A stretch of 63,998 bases of DNA, the filler included, from Piptocephalis cylindrospora (Eukaryota): assembly GCA_003614145.1 (NCBI GenBank). It is 6 parts of 6 records of this genome, joined end to end, with 100 filler letters (N's around TTAATTAATTAA, not from the genome) between each part and the next. Parts side by side here need not be neighbours in the genome. Positions count along the whole stretch, not along the records: positions 11,174 to 22,178 come from KZ988012.1; positions 22,279 to 33,178 come from KZ988014.1; 4 more parts are not named here. One strand, given 5' to 3'. The translations under genes were made by a program, and so were the position numbers. The first letter of the stretch is position 1. Every line of letters starts with the position of its first letter. This document shows positions 11,812 through 23,026 of this stretch, one piece after another. The notes under the pieces are model-generated. The model ran no database searches and was not told where the DNA came from. It worked only from the letters and a program-made list of their open reading frames with translations.

Positions 11812-14800
11812 TCACAATTCTTCCTTGGCAAGATGATCCTCCTTTTGTTGCTGCACAATACGGTCCAAGCCTTGTCTCTCTACCCGAAGAGCCCCAACGA
11901 CACGACCCAAGTGTTCCTCGGTGAGGGCCAGACCTCGGACCATCTCATCAACTTCAGCTTCAAGGGCTTGCATGCGGAGGTAGATGCCCTGAATGGACTG
12001 AGAGGAACCCTGCTCCGAGGGATGAGAGGTTATCTCGGGCCAATCAGTCATAGCGGAAGGAGGGGGAGGGGGATGAGGATGGGCGGGGAAGCCATGAGGC
12101 CTGGAACCGACTGACACCTCCTCGTGCAGCTGGATGACACGTCTCCAGCACCAAATGTTGGTCAGAAGACACACAAGGACGACAGAAGCAACGATGAAGG
12201 AGGCAGGCGAGAAGAGGGCCCATGGCCAAACCCCACCTAAGCTTCTAGTCCCTTGGGTCATGTTAGTACGGTCTCCGGACTTGGATCGTCGGTGTTTTCC
12301 AGAAGGCCCTCCCTCCCCTTGCCCCTTCTCTTCCTCCTCTAAACGCTTCCTTCGTGAAGTCCGTCTCTTCCTTCGTAGCCTTGTCTCCTCATCCTCATCC
12401 TCCCCATTAACCCCACGAGATCGAGATTTGGCCAATGCACCTCCCTTCTTCTTCCCCTCCTTCACAGTGGGTTTCTTGCCTTTGGCAGGGACAGCAGCCT
12501 CCTTCAAGGTGGACCGGAGAGCTTGATCCAGAGCAGTAAAATTGGATTTGTTACCCTCAAGGGCACCCTTTTCAATGGCGCCCTTGATCCAAGAGGTCTT
12601 GTTCCAGGTGATGGAATACCCGGCCCTCATCCTCACCTCGCCTACCACTGCACCTTGGGTGACACAGACCCGGGTGCCCACGACAAAGGCATTACCCGAT
12701 GGTACATCTGGGGTACGAACCTCGGAGACAATGGTGAGGGACCCTCCGGCCGACCCACCCATTTCTCCGGGCCGGTAGGTGACGCACCGATCCACCTGCA
12801 GAGTTTGGGTCTGCTTGGGACCAATAGCATTATTCAAAGGCCGAATGTACTCAATATTCCGTTCCTGAAGAGTTTTGGAAGTCGGATCATCAGAGACCTT
12901 CCAATCCCCTAATTTGAGCTCCCTGCACTTTTGATTCTGGGTGTAATAGTTCCGTAACCATACTCCCCCGTCTTTTTCTGGACCCAGGGAGAAGAGAAGG
13001 CCGATAATGTGGGGAAAGGTACCGGGGAGGATGGTGTCAAGACAGACCACGTCCTTTCCATGTGCATCCCCACAGTCACACTGGCCAGGAGTGGTGGGAG
13101 CCCGGGGGTCCAGCTGAGCGGGCGTCTTTAGGGCACCGGGTTCTCCGTCATCATCCTTGGTAGGGGAGGTACGCTCAGGAGCCGATATGGTCAATGGGGA
13201 GGGAGGGCGATGAGTGATACTGGGGGTAGGGGGTCGTTGGCCCTGAAGGACAGGTGAGGAGGCCCCATTCGCCGCTGCTCCTGTATCCTGGTTTGAATTA
13301 GAACTGGGGGACCGCTGATGCTCTGAATTGGGTAAAGCGGAGATGGCGAGAGTGGTAGCCTTGCCTCCTCCCCGCTTGGGTCCAGCAAGGGCCCAGTCAT
13401 TACTGGAAGATTTCCGATGACGAGTGCGGATGTGCAAGGGAAGAAGACCCCGACGAAGACTGGATCTCCTACCTAGGTCATCCCCACCCCCGTCCTTGGC
13501 CTCGGACTCCTCATCTCTCAGATCATCTTCTCCCCCAGAGTATTCGGTGTCGGAAAATGACTTTTTAAACTGGGTGGGTTGAGGAGCGGACAATTGCTGA
13601 CCATGCTGACTGGTTCGACCATTCCCGCTGGTAGAGGAACTTCCGTTAAAGGGGATGGAAAAGGCATTGATGGCGGCCTTTTTAATGGTGCTCACTGGTC
13701 CTCCTCCACCCGTGCCTGATTGGGAAGCCTGACTGGAAGTGGAGGAGATGGAACCGTCGGTACGGACAGAGATAGGGGCATTGGTGTTTACGGGATCCTT
13801 GAGGTCCAGATAACCGCCTTGAGCTCCTGCGGACACTCCTTCGAGCGGAGTGTTGATCAAATCATCCTCCTCTTCCCGATCATCCTCTTCTTCATCGGTA
13901 TCTGTATATTCTGACCCAGAGTCGTCATCCTCATCACTACCGGTAAGGTCTTCCTCCTCCTCCTCCTCCTCCTCCTCTTCCTCCTCCTCCTCCCCGTCGT
14001 CGTCGTCTTCCTTATTGCTATTTTCCACTTGAGATACCTTGGCAGCCTCAGAGGCCTGAGCATTAGCTTGATTAGCTTCGGATGGGCCTATGACTCGACT
14101 ACGTCTCCGACCCCCGACCATTCCATCATGCTCCTCCCAATAGGTTCGAAGGTAGGTACCCTGGGGATCCTCGATCAGGGGAGTCAGGTCGGTGGCAGCC
14201 GAGGGAATACCGCCGGTGGTGGCGGCTACAGCAGCGGCTACAGCCCGGGAGCGCTTCCAGGCGTCAACGATGTCAGTGAAAGCCGAGTCACGGAAGAGGA
14301 AGGAGGTGATGAAATGGGAAGCAGTAGGGGTGATGAAGAGAAGGGCATTAGGGATGACAAAGGCGGTGTTGCGCTTTTCCAAGCCCAGAAGGGAAGTGAA
14401 AGGGATGATCTCATCGGTGACCCAACCAAAAATATTAGCATGGAAGCAGATATGGCGCTCAGTGATGTAGAGACGACCCTGAAGGAGAATCTCCCTTTGG
14501 AGGGCACAACCATAATCCTCAAGCAAGGCCTCCCGAGGCGGAACGGTCGGGAAAAGGGCGTGGAAATCGGCATTACGCTTTTTGACAGCAGCACTCCACG
14601 AGGCAGCCTGCTCCAATTGTCCAGCCAGGGAGGAAGAGGCGGATAGGGCGGAGGTGGTGGTAGCGTGGGAGGGGGGGGATCGATGGTCGATGGAAGGGAT
14701 GTTGAGGGAGGAGGTGGAGGGGTGTCGATGGGTCAGGGGGTGCATGGGGCTGGTAAAACTATGGGCAAGGTCATTGGAGGAAAGAGAGGAGGAGGAGGAG

Positions 14801-15357
14801 GGGGAGGAGGAAGAGGAGGAGGAGGCAAGGGTGTCAAAGGGATCAGCAGGCTGATCCAAAGGAGTTCCAGATGGTTGATCCAGGGGGCTAATATCATTTC
14901 TGGAGAGCTGGGGTGGGGCAGCTGTAGCCCTTTGTTTCCCGTTGGCCCTGGCCATGAAGGCAGGAGGAGTGGAGGTGCGACTAGGGATGGTCTGGAGCTC
15001 GGAAGGTGGGGATAATGCGGAGGGGGAAGAGGAAGGGGAGGAGGTAAGGATGGCAGAGGTAGAGGTAGAGGTAGAGGAAGTATCCACAAGGGGAGGCTCC
15101 TGACCTGAAGAGGACCTGGAATGGGCCGTGGGATAAAAGGTGGCAGGAAGCCCGGAGCTGTGATGCATATGAGTGGGAAGGGGCTGGGAGGGAAGGGCGG
15201 AGAGACTACTGGTGGATTGAGCGTGTGATAGGGCTGGGGAAGAGGATCGGGAGGGATTGAGGCTACTGGAGGAGGTGTGACGTGCAGCCTCGTTCTCGGC
15301 GATGACCTCCTTTCCCATCCCTTGCTGCTTGTTGCGGGGAGTGGAAGGACGAGACAT
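11812..15357 (-). CDS. GRAM + VASt/StARkin sterol-transfer membrane contact-site protein (Lam/Ltc family)
   Basis: GRAM motif LLEDYGCALQREILLQGRLYITERHICFHANIFGW; VASt motifs YIRPLNNAIGPKQT, TPDVPSGNAF, WIKGAIEKG; C-terminal TM helix and coiled coil; 1181-aa ORF. Confidence 0.93.
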   Translation of the reverse strand: MSRPSTPRNKQQGMGKEVIAENEAARHTSSSSLNPSRSSSPALSHAQSTSSLSALPSQPLPTHMHHSSGLPATFYPTAHSRSSSGQEPPLVDTSSTSTSTSAILTSSPSSSPSALSPPSELQTIPSRTSTPPAFMARANGKQRATAAPPQLSRNDISPLDQPSGTPLDQPADPFDTLASSSSSSSPSSSSSLSSNDLAHSFTSPMHPLTHRHPSTSSLNIPSIDHRSPPSHATTTSALSASSSLAGQLEQAASWSAAVKKRNADFHALFPTVPPREALLEDYGCALQREILLQGRLYITERHICFHANIFGWVTDEIIPFTSLLGLEKRNTAFVIPNALLFITPTASHFITSFLFRDSAFTDIVDAWKRSRAVAAAVAATTGGIPSAATDLTPLIEDPQGTYLRTYWEEHDGMVGGRRRSRVIGPSEANQANAQASEAAKVSQVENSNKEDDDDGEEEEEEEEEEEEEEDLTGSDEDDDSGSEYTDTDEEEDDREEEDDLINTPLEGVSAGAQGGYLDLKDPVNTNAPISVRTDGSISSTSSQASQSGTGGGGPVSTIKKAAINAFSIPFNGSSSTSGNGRTSQHGQQLSAPQPTQFKKSFSDTEYSGGEDDLRDEESEAKDGGGDDLGRRSSLRRGLLPLHIRTRHRKSSSNDWALAGPKRGGGKATTLAISALPNSEHQRSPSSNSNQDTGAAANGASSPVLQGQRPPTPSITHRPPSPLTISAPERTSPTKDDDGEPGALKTPAQLDPRAPTTPGQCDCGDAHGKDVVCLDTILPGTFPHIIGLLFSLGPEKDGGVWLRNYYTQNQKCRELKLGDWKVSDDPTSKTLQERNIEYIRPLNNAIGPKQTQTLQVDRCVTYRPGEMGGSAGGSLTIVSEVRTPDVPSGNAFVVGTRVCVTQGAVVGEVRMRAGYSITWNKTSWIKGAIEKGALEGNKSNFTALDQALRSTLKEAAVPAKGKKPTVKEGKKKGGALAKSRSRGVNGEDEDEETRLRRKRRTSRRKRLEEEEKGQGEGGPSGKHRRSKSGDRTNMTQGTRSLGGVWPWALFSPASFIVASVVLVCLLTNIWCWRRVIQLHEEVSVGSRPHGFPAHPHPPPPPSAMTDWPEITSHPSEQGSSQSIQGIYLRMQALEAEVDEMVRGLALTEEHLGRVVGALRVERQGLDRIVQQQKEDHLAKEEL

Positions 15358-17465
15358 ATGTCCTTGGGGGGCAAGAGGGATATGAGTAGGGGATGGAGGG
15401 AGAAGATCAATGAGACTGGATGGGAGAGGGGGTGATAATGAAGGAATGGAGGAAGGAAAGGATGGATGTAGTGTCTAAGCTCGACTGGTTTACCTCTTTG
15501 CTCAAGTGTGCTGAATTGAAGGGCAAGCTAGATGCGAGTATAAAGGTGTGAGAGAGAAGGGGGTAAGGGTGAAGCCGAGCTGAGAGATATCGATGACAGG
15601 TTGAGGAGAGATTGAGAGTCCCGATGAGGGAATAGCGACACACACGGTATGATATAGTGAGTGGAAGCGACCGTGTACAGCTTGGGGTTTTGAAAGAGGT
15701 GCCAAATGGGGGGGATGATTTGGATGTGCCATCTCCGAAGGTTGCACCGTACGGAATGGTGCTTTATCCTGGGTGGTTTTTGTGTGTGTGTGATTTTTAT
15801 CACAAGTGTGTGTGAAATATGGGCGCATCTGTGTGGGATAATGATGTAGTATAAGGGGCTTTGAGATGCAGTTGATGCTATGTGTGGGGAGAATGATTGG
15901 TGCTGTTGCTGCGAGATGGAGGAGCGGGGAGAGAGAAGCTCTTTTCAAGCGTTCATACCCGAGGATCTCATAATGGATGAAGGATGGTTTTTGGGGGGTG
16001 CCTTACGCCTTTTTTCTGACACTATCCTAAGGAAGTGATAATGAATCGATGTAAGAGTGACATAGGACGCTCAAATGTGATGATGATGATCCTTGAAGAA
16101 AGTAAGATCCAGAGGCAAGCCTTGAGAAGTGTCTAATATGTGTGGGAGAGGGGGAGACGATGGACAGATGCAGATCATGCTCCCTATGCACACACTGGTT
16201 TCTTTCTCATCTGTTTCGATAGAGCTAGCTAGCTGTGCCTAAAAAGTGAAACCATACATCAGACTTATTGCTGGTGTGTCGTATTATTATCATTACCTGG
16301 TCGGGTCTGAAGGGAGAGGTGCACACCTCAGACCTTTAATGATAATACATTGAAGGATGAGGGAATAAGCAATCTGTCTAGTATACACATATTGTGCATA
16401 GATAGAGCACCAGCAGACCAAAGGCCAGTGTTGAGGGCTCAACACCCACACACAGCCACCAGGCCGAAAAAGGAGAAACATAAGATTTTACATGAAAATG
16501 AACGCTCTATTCCATCAACATCATATTCCAGGCCATAATATCTAAAATCATCATCCGACGTCAGGAAGGATAGGTGAGTGAGTCAGGCTACACTTCTCCG
16601 AAGCGAAATAACAAAAGGGCGTGGTAGGAGCAATAGATGTTGATCAGAGAAAAAAGGCAATATCACTTGTCCGCAGAGCCTACACAGCTACGAGTAGGCA
16701 TCGGTACAGGTCTGATAGAGATCATCCTTTCGATCTATTGTTACAGTTAAAAGATAAGAGGAAGGAGCTAGCACTTACGGTATGAGGATGGACGGGTGAG
16801 AGAGAGAGGGGGAGGGTGAGGTAAAGAGAAGAGAAAGGGGAAGGGGAGTTGTGAGCGGAAACGGCCATCATCACTGCTCCCTTTATACCCTTTGATGGGT
16901 TCAGAGTGTATGGGTGCCTTTTTTTTTTTGTCACTTCTTTCCACACATTCATTGGGCTTCTCTCCACATGTAGAGGAAGGTGCCCTCTTTTTCTCATCTG
17001 CACTGCAGAGGACAAGTTCGCCTATCCTTGCCAATGTGTGTGTGTGTGTGGCCTTCTGGTATTGGCTATCCTTTATACTACTCACACCAGGTCGAAAAAC
17101 ACCATTTTTGTGGAAAAGGGTATATTTTGTGTTTAGACTGGACAGTTTTATGATTATTTCCTCGTAGGACAATGTCAGTATCAAACCTAGGACTGTAATT
17201 ACATTTCCTCATAGGACACATTTCGCTGTTTACTACTACTTTCCTCATAAGACATTTGGTGTATTTATCGAAAAGCTCTACGGATCGTGTCAAGTTCATC
17301 TGAGACGATGCTCAGATCAGATTTAAAGTATGAATTACGAATGTTGCTTCGGATGCTGATGAGGGCCAAAAGAAGGACGGCCATTGAAAAGGGAACGATG
17401 GAGAAATGGGAGGAGAAATGGGGGAAGTTACAGGAGAAGATAGGAGGGATCGGAAGATCCATGGA

Positions 17466-17649
17466 AGAAGCAACAATATTGATGATGATGATGATAAAAT
17501 ATTTATATTTTCCCTCAGTGGGGTGGGCTGTTAGGCATCCGAACACATAGTCCCTGGTACCACGCATGCTGGCCTATTTGGGCGGGTTATGTCCCCGGCG
17601 TGTGCCCTATACTCAAGTCCTCATGGGCACTACAGAAGCAACAATATTG
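17466..17649 (-). repeat. Dispersed non-coding repeat, copy B (internal 48 bp inverted relative to copy A), bounded by the 16-bp direct repeat agaagcaacaatattg
   Basis: Direct repeat at 17466-17481 and 17634-17649; 17502-17544 is the reverse complement of 2909-2951 (3 mismatches), while 17545-17592 matches 2861-2908 directly (2 mismatches). Confidence 0.75.
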
Positions 17650-18170
17650 TAAGAAAAGATTCTGGACCTTTTTAAGATGAGTCTGTAAGGGTTTTTTTTT
17701 AGTAAAAAGGGATTATTGTAATTTCCAAATACATTTCGCTATTTATTACAATATGCTTTTCAACATTGATTTTATAATTAATCGCTATGACGAACGATGG
17801 TGGCGCCAACCTGATACCTCAAAGGGGATTAAAGACAAAAAGGCAGGACATTGAAATTCAACAACAATTTCATGATTGATTCATGACCAAAAGAGGGATA
17901 GTACCGACTTTCCCTCATAATACACTTTCATTATTTATAATGATGACAATGATTAGAGGAGCATAATAATTAACGTGCTTTAAGTTTTCCTCCAAGATAC
18001 TTGGACTGCCCGTCGTTGGGATCTAAAGTGTCCCTTGCATAGCCTCACCTCTCCCTTCCAAGCAGCCAACAGTGATAAACATGTATATAAAGAAAACATT
18101 CCTTTCTAATCGATCCATTGAGCCATCAAGTACACACATACATGGACACGCCTAGGAAAAGACAATATGA

Positions 18171-18875
18171 CTACTCATCCTCGTCCTCATCCGTTCCCAC
18201 GCTCTCTTCATCCTCATCACCCCACATGGCGCCAAATCCAAGAGCCTTGCCCTTACCCTTGTCCTTCTTCTCCTGCCGCTTCATGGATCGTTCCACCTGG
18301 TCCTTGACCACCTGCTGAATCTCCTCCACTACTTCCTCTCCCTGCTGGAGAAAGGCTGTGTCGGCAAATTTCTCCTTGGCCTTGGAAGCTGCCTCGGCAG
18401 CCCGAATAGCCCGCTCCACCTTCTTTTGCAAGCGATCCCGTCGATCCCTTTCCTGCTTCCGAAGGGACGTCCGGACCGAGTCCAATTGTCGGGTCATTGC
18501 TACCACCTTGAGCCGTCGGCCAGAAAGATCTCGACAGGAGGAAAAGTTGGTGGTCTTCCTCGTGGCCATCCTCCCTCCCTGAGCCCGAAGTTGCGAACCA
18601 AATCCTCCCTTGCCTCCACATCCTCGAATCTGAATCCTAGCCCATCCAGCTCCTCCAGTCTCGGCCTTGGGCAATCCCTCGTCCTCCAAAGGAAGGCCCC
18701 CGAAAGTGGAGATGCGCAGTTCCTCCTGAGGGATCTCTAGGCCTGAGGCCAGTCCCATCAGGATATCCTTTACCCTAGTCTCCTTCCTCAGCGATAAGGT
18801 CAAGGTGTCCATGGCCGTTGATCCAACCTCGTCTCCCTGAGGTACCTCCACGTACAAAGATAGGGCCGATGGCAT
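18171..18875 (-). CDS. SDE2: Sde2 ubiquitin-fold splicing/replication-stress factor
   Basis: N-terminal ubiquitin-like region followed by GG|KGGFGSQLRAQGGRM..TNFSSCRDLSGRRLK. Confidence 0.93.
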   Translation of the reverse strand: MPSALSLYVEVPQGDEVGSTAMDTLTLSLRKETRVKDILMGLASGLEIPQEELRISTFGGLPLEDEGLPKAETGGAGWARIQIRGCGGKGGFGSQLRAQGGRMATRKTTNFSSCRDLSGRRLKVVAMTRQLDSVRTSLRKQERDRRDRLQKKVERAIRAAEAASKAKEKFADTAFLQQGEEVVEEIQQVVKDQVERSMKRQEKKDKGKGKALGFGAMWGDEDEESVGTDEDEDE

Positions 18876-19798
18876 GTCTGATAAGGGATGTTTAAGTTGA
18901 AGTGAGTTAAGGCTGATCAGTAAGTGTAAAAGGGAAGGCAGAGGAAAGAGTGCGAGTGTGATAAGCCTTTTCCTTGACTAAACCTCACTGGGAAGTGACT
19001 TGATCTTGTTGTTGCTACCCTGGAGACGGCCACATACTCAAACTCTTTGCGGGGGCGGGTAGTGTCAATGATGGCCACTACAGCGAGTACAGTGACAAAG
19101 GGTAGGCATGCACTGGAGGCCCCCTTTGACACCTTACAAACCACAGGTCCTAGGATCTCATTGCAGTGTACTGTTTATAGGGATTTGGATGTTCATTTGC
19201 TTGTCTACAAAAGTAAATGCTGTCTTTTTATTGCCATTCTCACATAGCATATATACAACCGATTGCTTAATAATATCCAGGAAATACTTACTTGGATGAT
19301 CGTCTCGAAGACCAGAGCTGTTAGCGTATGGGTAGTCCAACGTTATACTAGCGTCTCTATGCACTGGGAGCAAAGGTAAGCTATTCTCCTCCCACCCAAC
19401 TTTGACATTCAGACTCGATCCAGGCGCCGTATTGGGACACTTTTTTTCACCCCACCTGAAGAAAATATAGTGGCTATCAACATGATCAAACCCGATTATC
19501 TTTGATTCGATTGGCATGGGCCTTGTATGTGTGCTTCTCAGTAATAAGGCCAAGACCATATCCTCAATCCTCGCTCCTTTCCATCGGTCCATAGGGCACT
19601 GAGATCATATTCCAACAGCATCGACATGGCACACACACACACACACACACACAAACACATGTACGCAGAGATCCACTCCTCCAACGAGACTCATTCTCAT
19701 CCTCCTCCCTATTATGCACACTCTTCCACTTTCCTCTCCTTGCCCTTTCCTTTTCCCTCCATAGCTCTCATTCCCCTAGCCCTCTATTCAGTCATAGC

Positions 19799-21919
19799 CT
19801 ATCCCATCCTACTTTGCTTCATGCGATCCAGCTCCTCGGCCGCTTGATGCCTCACAGCCCCATCATCTCCACCAGCGGCGCCAGGGCCAGTTCCTGGACC
19901 GGTTGAGGTCTTCTTGGAGAGGAGAGACTGGAAAAAGTTGGCCAAAACCTCATTTTGTGACGCCGGGTTCCCACTGGGCGCAGCCCCAGAGGATGCCGTG
20001 GGGTTGGGCGTCCCATCGGCAGCCATAGATGAAGAGGGAGCGGCAGTGGCAGAGGAATTCGGCATGGCATTAATGGGATTGGCGGTTGTACCCACCCCGC
20101 CCAAAAGAGATGCCACTCCAGGGGATGCTCGGTCATGCTCAGCACCCAGACCCATCCCCTCCTCCACATCATCACCCGTCCCATCCCGGTATCCGTGGAG
20201 GATGCTTGTACTCGTGCCCCCAACCCCATTCATCAGGGCAGAATGAGCGGCTGCGGATGTTGTCGTACCCAAGGCCGAGTTCATCGGCGTGATCGCTGGG
20301 GTGGGTAGAGTCCCGGGGTTGGCGGACCCAGCCGTGTATCCGATGCTCGACCCGTAGCTCGGGTGAGTCTCGGCAGGGGCCGAAGCCTTGGCCCGCTTCA
20401 GAGCTTCCTGTTGCCGAATGAGGAAGTCTTGCTCGGATTCCGCTATAATCACCTCCTTTTTCGCGTCCCTCCGTACACCGACACTACTGTCCCGGATTGC
20501 CTGTTCGTAGAGTTGACGTAAGCCCCCCTCCACCCCCGACCCATGACCTCTATCCTCTTCGACTAGATCAAACTCCCACCCATCCAAAGTCTCACGGCAC
20601 TGAAAACCCTCTCGGAGAATACCAATCTTCCCCCAGGTGTCCCAGCCCGACGGTACTGCCACCGTCTCCCGTTCCACCACCTGCGCCCGATACGGGTACC
20701 GAAAGAGGAGTGACGTGGGTTTGGAGGGGGTGGAGGAGGCCAGAATCTTATCCTTCCCCTCATCCCCCTCTCCCTCCCCAGATTGGGATCGAGACATGGG
20801 GGCTGAGGAAGTAGGGCCTGCCATGGAAGGATCCACCTTGACTAGAGCTGATCCCGGACCCAGGAGCCGATGGAGTAGATAGGCCCGGAGCATGGCAAAG
20901 GTGCGGGGGCGATGCGTAGTGGTGTGAAAGAGGGATGCGCCGTACGCGAGACATAGCGTACGAAGGCTTTGCTGGATGTGATCAAATTGCTCATCCCGAT
21001 AATCTTGCTCACGCTCCAGGGTTCTCATCCCATCGGCCTTGGTGCACACCACAGCAATGGGTAAGCCCAGGTTATGAGTAAGGCATCCCTCGGGCAAGGG
21101 AAGAAGCACCTCCTTCCCCATATCCTCCCCCGGCCCTCCTCCACCCCCCACATCCACAGCTATGTCCCGGTCAGCGCCGGGAGCCGTGTTGATCGTCGCG
21201 GCCGACGATGAGGGTTCGGTGTAGAGTTGGAGAAAACGCTCCAGATGCTCTTTAGCATTTTCCACCACCACCTGCCCCTTGCTCCATCCGCCTGGCCCCC
21301 CACCCTGAACTTGACCCTCCTGGGCAATGTGGGCCACACCATCGGACAAGACAGACAGCCACCGCTGCAGGGACTCAACCCAGCTCCACGGCCGCTGCCA
21401 ATCTAGGACGATAATTACGGCCGTGTTGGCTAAGGAATCGGCATTGAGGGCAAAGGGAAGGAGGGTGGGGTGGGAGGCGGCCAGCTGGTAAATACCCACC
21501 CGAGACACCGTGTCCTCCTCATCTCGAATGTCCGTGTATGTATAAGACAAAGCCAACTCGCTTTGCTCCACCCTTCCCACAGCCGCAAGCCCTCCGGATG
21601 GATCAGTCGAGGAGGACCCCAGACCTTGGGAGGCAGTGGAGGCATGATCGGAGGTGGAGGTGGAACCAGTGTTGTTGTTATTGCTGGTTGTCGCGGGAGG
21701 CTGAAGGAAGGGGCGATGGTCGCGTTTCAAATTTTGCACAAGGACAGACTTTCCCGAGTTGGGGTCCCCCAGGACCAGGAGCCGTCGGGGTAGGACAGCC
21801 TTGGAGGACCCCAAGGACTGGAGTATCCCCGTCCAGATGGATTCCTCTACTGGGGCTGATGGCCCGGCGGGGGTTGATCCTGGGTTGGGAAAGGCCACTT
21901 GAGGCACAGTGGGTGGCAT
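19799..21919 (-). CDS. Cytoplasmic dynein light intermediate chain
   Basis: IWTGILQS, P-loop LLVLGDPNSGKS, LSYTYTDIRDE, VLDWQRPW, LTHNLGLPIAVVCTKAD, IQQSLRTLCLAYGASL, VPSGWDTWGKI, C-terminal VLANFFQSLLSKK. Confidence 0.95.
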   Translation of the reverse strand: MPPTVPQVAFPNPGSTPAGPSAPVEESIWTGILQSLGSSKAVLPRRLLVLGDPNSGKSVLVQNLKRDHRPFLQPPATTSNNNNTGSTSTSDHASTASQGLGSSSTDPSGGLAAVGRVEQSELALSYTYTDIRDEEDTVSRVGIYQLAASHPTLLPFALNADSLANTAVIIVLDWQRPWSWVESLQRWLSVLSDGVAHIAQEGQVQGGGPGGWSKGQVVVENAKEHLERFLQLYTEPSSSAATINTAPGADRDIAVDVGGGGGPGEDMGKEVLLPLPEGCLTHNLGLPIAVVCTKADGMRTLEREQDYRDEQFDHIQQSLRTLCLAYGASLFHTTTHRPRTFAMLRAYLLHRLLGPGSALVKVDPSMAGPTSSAPMSRSQSGEGEGDEGKDKILASSTPSKPTSLLFRYPYRAQVVERETVAVPSGWDTWGKIGILREGFQCRETLDGWEFDLVEEDRGHGSGVEGGLRQLYEQAIRDSSVGVRRDAKKEVIIAESEQDFLIRQQEALKRAKASAPAETHPSYGSSIGYTAGSANPGTLPTPAITPMNSALGTTTSAAAHSALMNGVGGTSTSILHGYRDGTGDDVEEGMGLGAEHDRASPGVASLLGGVGTTANPINAMPNSSATAAPSSSMAADGTPNPTASSGAAPSGNPASQNEVLANFFQSLLSKKTSTGPGTGPGAAGGDDGAVRHQAAEELDRMKQSRMG

Positions 21920-22143
21920 CGCAAGGAGGGAGAGAGGGTAAGGGAAGGGGAGGAGGGGATAGGAGGAGATATGATGGGGGGGGGGGGGGGAAAGGGGGAA
22001 GGGGAGGAAGGGGGAGGGACGGGAAGGGAGGTACCGGGGGGACCTGAGGGGGGGGTGTGGGAGGTGCAGGGGAGGCGGGGAGGAGCCAAAGGAAAAGAAA
22101 GCAGAGAGGTGGGAGGGGGAGAAAGGAGGGAAGGGGAAGATGG

Positions 22144-22178
<35 letters not shown>

Positions 22179-22278
22179 NNNNNNNNNNNNNNNNNNNNNN
22201 NNNNNNNNNNNNNNNNNNNNNNTTAATTAATTAANNNNNNNNNNNNNNNNNNNNNNNNNNNNNNNNNNNNNNNNNNNN
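22179..22278. other. Artificial contig linker
   Basis: N44-TTAATTAATTAA-N44. Confidence 0.99.
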
Positions 22279-22285
22279 GACATGC

Positions 22286-23026
22286 CTAGATGGTTTTACC
22301 GAGGAGGTACGAGTTTCCATTGTCGTTCGAGTAGGACTCAGGAGCCGAGTACTCTTCCGCGTAGGTATCCTCCTTGCCGTGGCCGACAAAGGTATTCTCC
22401 TCACCATGATCGGAGTAGGAACGACCGGAATGCTCAACAGCATAAGTGTCCTCTTCATCATGAGCAGGAGCGATGTTCTCCTCATCATGGTCGGGATGGG
22501 AATGACCGGAATGCTCAACGGCATAAGAGGGCCTCGATCGATGGCCGTGGTAAGTCTTCACCCAACGATGGGTAGGGCGAGAATGTCCTGAATGATGCTT
22601 GCCGTAAGAGGGAGCAGAGTAATTCTTAGTGTAAGGAGCAACGGAATGCTCCTCTACAACATGAGCAGAATGCTCCTCCTCTCCAGAGTAGGGGGCGGAA
22701 TGCTCCTCCTCCCCAGAGTAGGGAGCGGAATATTCCTCTACAACATGAGCAGAATGCTCCTCCTCTCCAGAGTAGGGGGCGGAATGCTCCTCCTCCCTAG
22801 AGTAGGGGGCAGAATGTTCCTCCTCCCCAGAGTAGGGAGCGGAATATTCCTCTACAACATGGGCTGAATGCTCCTCCTCTCCAGAGTAGGGAGTGGAATA
22901 CTCCTCCGAATAAGAGTCCTCGGGGTAGGTAATATCGGAATAATCAGTTTGGTCGTAGGAGGGAGCAGCCATCGTAGAGACGGCGGCTAGGAGGCCGAGG
23001 AGGGTGACGGTGGTAGAGAATTGCAT
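22286..23026 (-). CDS. Secreted His/Glu/Ser/Tyr-rich tandem-repeat protein (about 246 aa)
   Basis: Signal peptide MQFSTTVTLLGLLAAVSTMA; six S[AT]PYS[GR]EEEH and three SAHVVEE[YH] units; no Cys; TATA-like element about 130 bp upstream. Confidence 0.85.
   Translation of the reverse strand: MQFSTTVTLLGLLAAVSTMAAPSYDQTDYSDITYPEDSYSEEYSTPYSGEEEHSAHVVEEYSAPYSGEEEHSAPYSREEEHSAPYSGEEEHSAHVVEEYSAPYSGEEEHSAPYSGEEEHSAHVVEEHSVAPYTKNYSAPSYGKHHSGHSRPTHRWVKTYHGHRSRPSYAVEHSGHSHPDHDEENIAPAHDEEDTYAVEHSGRSYSDHGEENTFVGHGKEDTYAEEYSAPESYSNDNGNSYLLGKTI

Noticed and set aside
17190..17750. Degenerate duplication (tgtaatt..acatttcgct.ttta.tac at about 17195-17240 and 17717-17750) and the short ORF 17287-17550
   Set aside because: Too short and AT-rich to interpret; the ORF has no recognisable homology
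21930..22178. Dense G-runs with G-quadruplex potential (also 11270-11385)
   Set aside because: Low-complexity pyrimidine-rich leaders of minus-strand genes and contig-end sequence of doubtful quality
22640..22900. Regular 24-30-bp repeats, superficially CRISPR-like
   Set aside because: No unique spacers; in-frame coding repeats of the secreted protein
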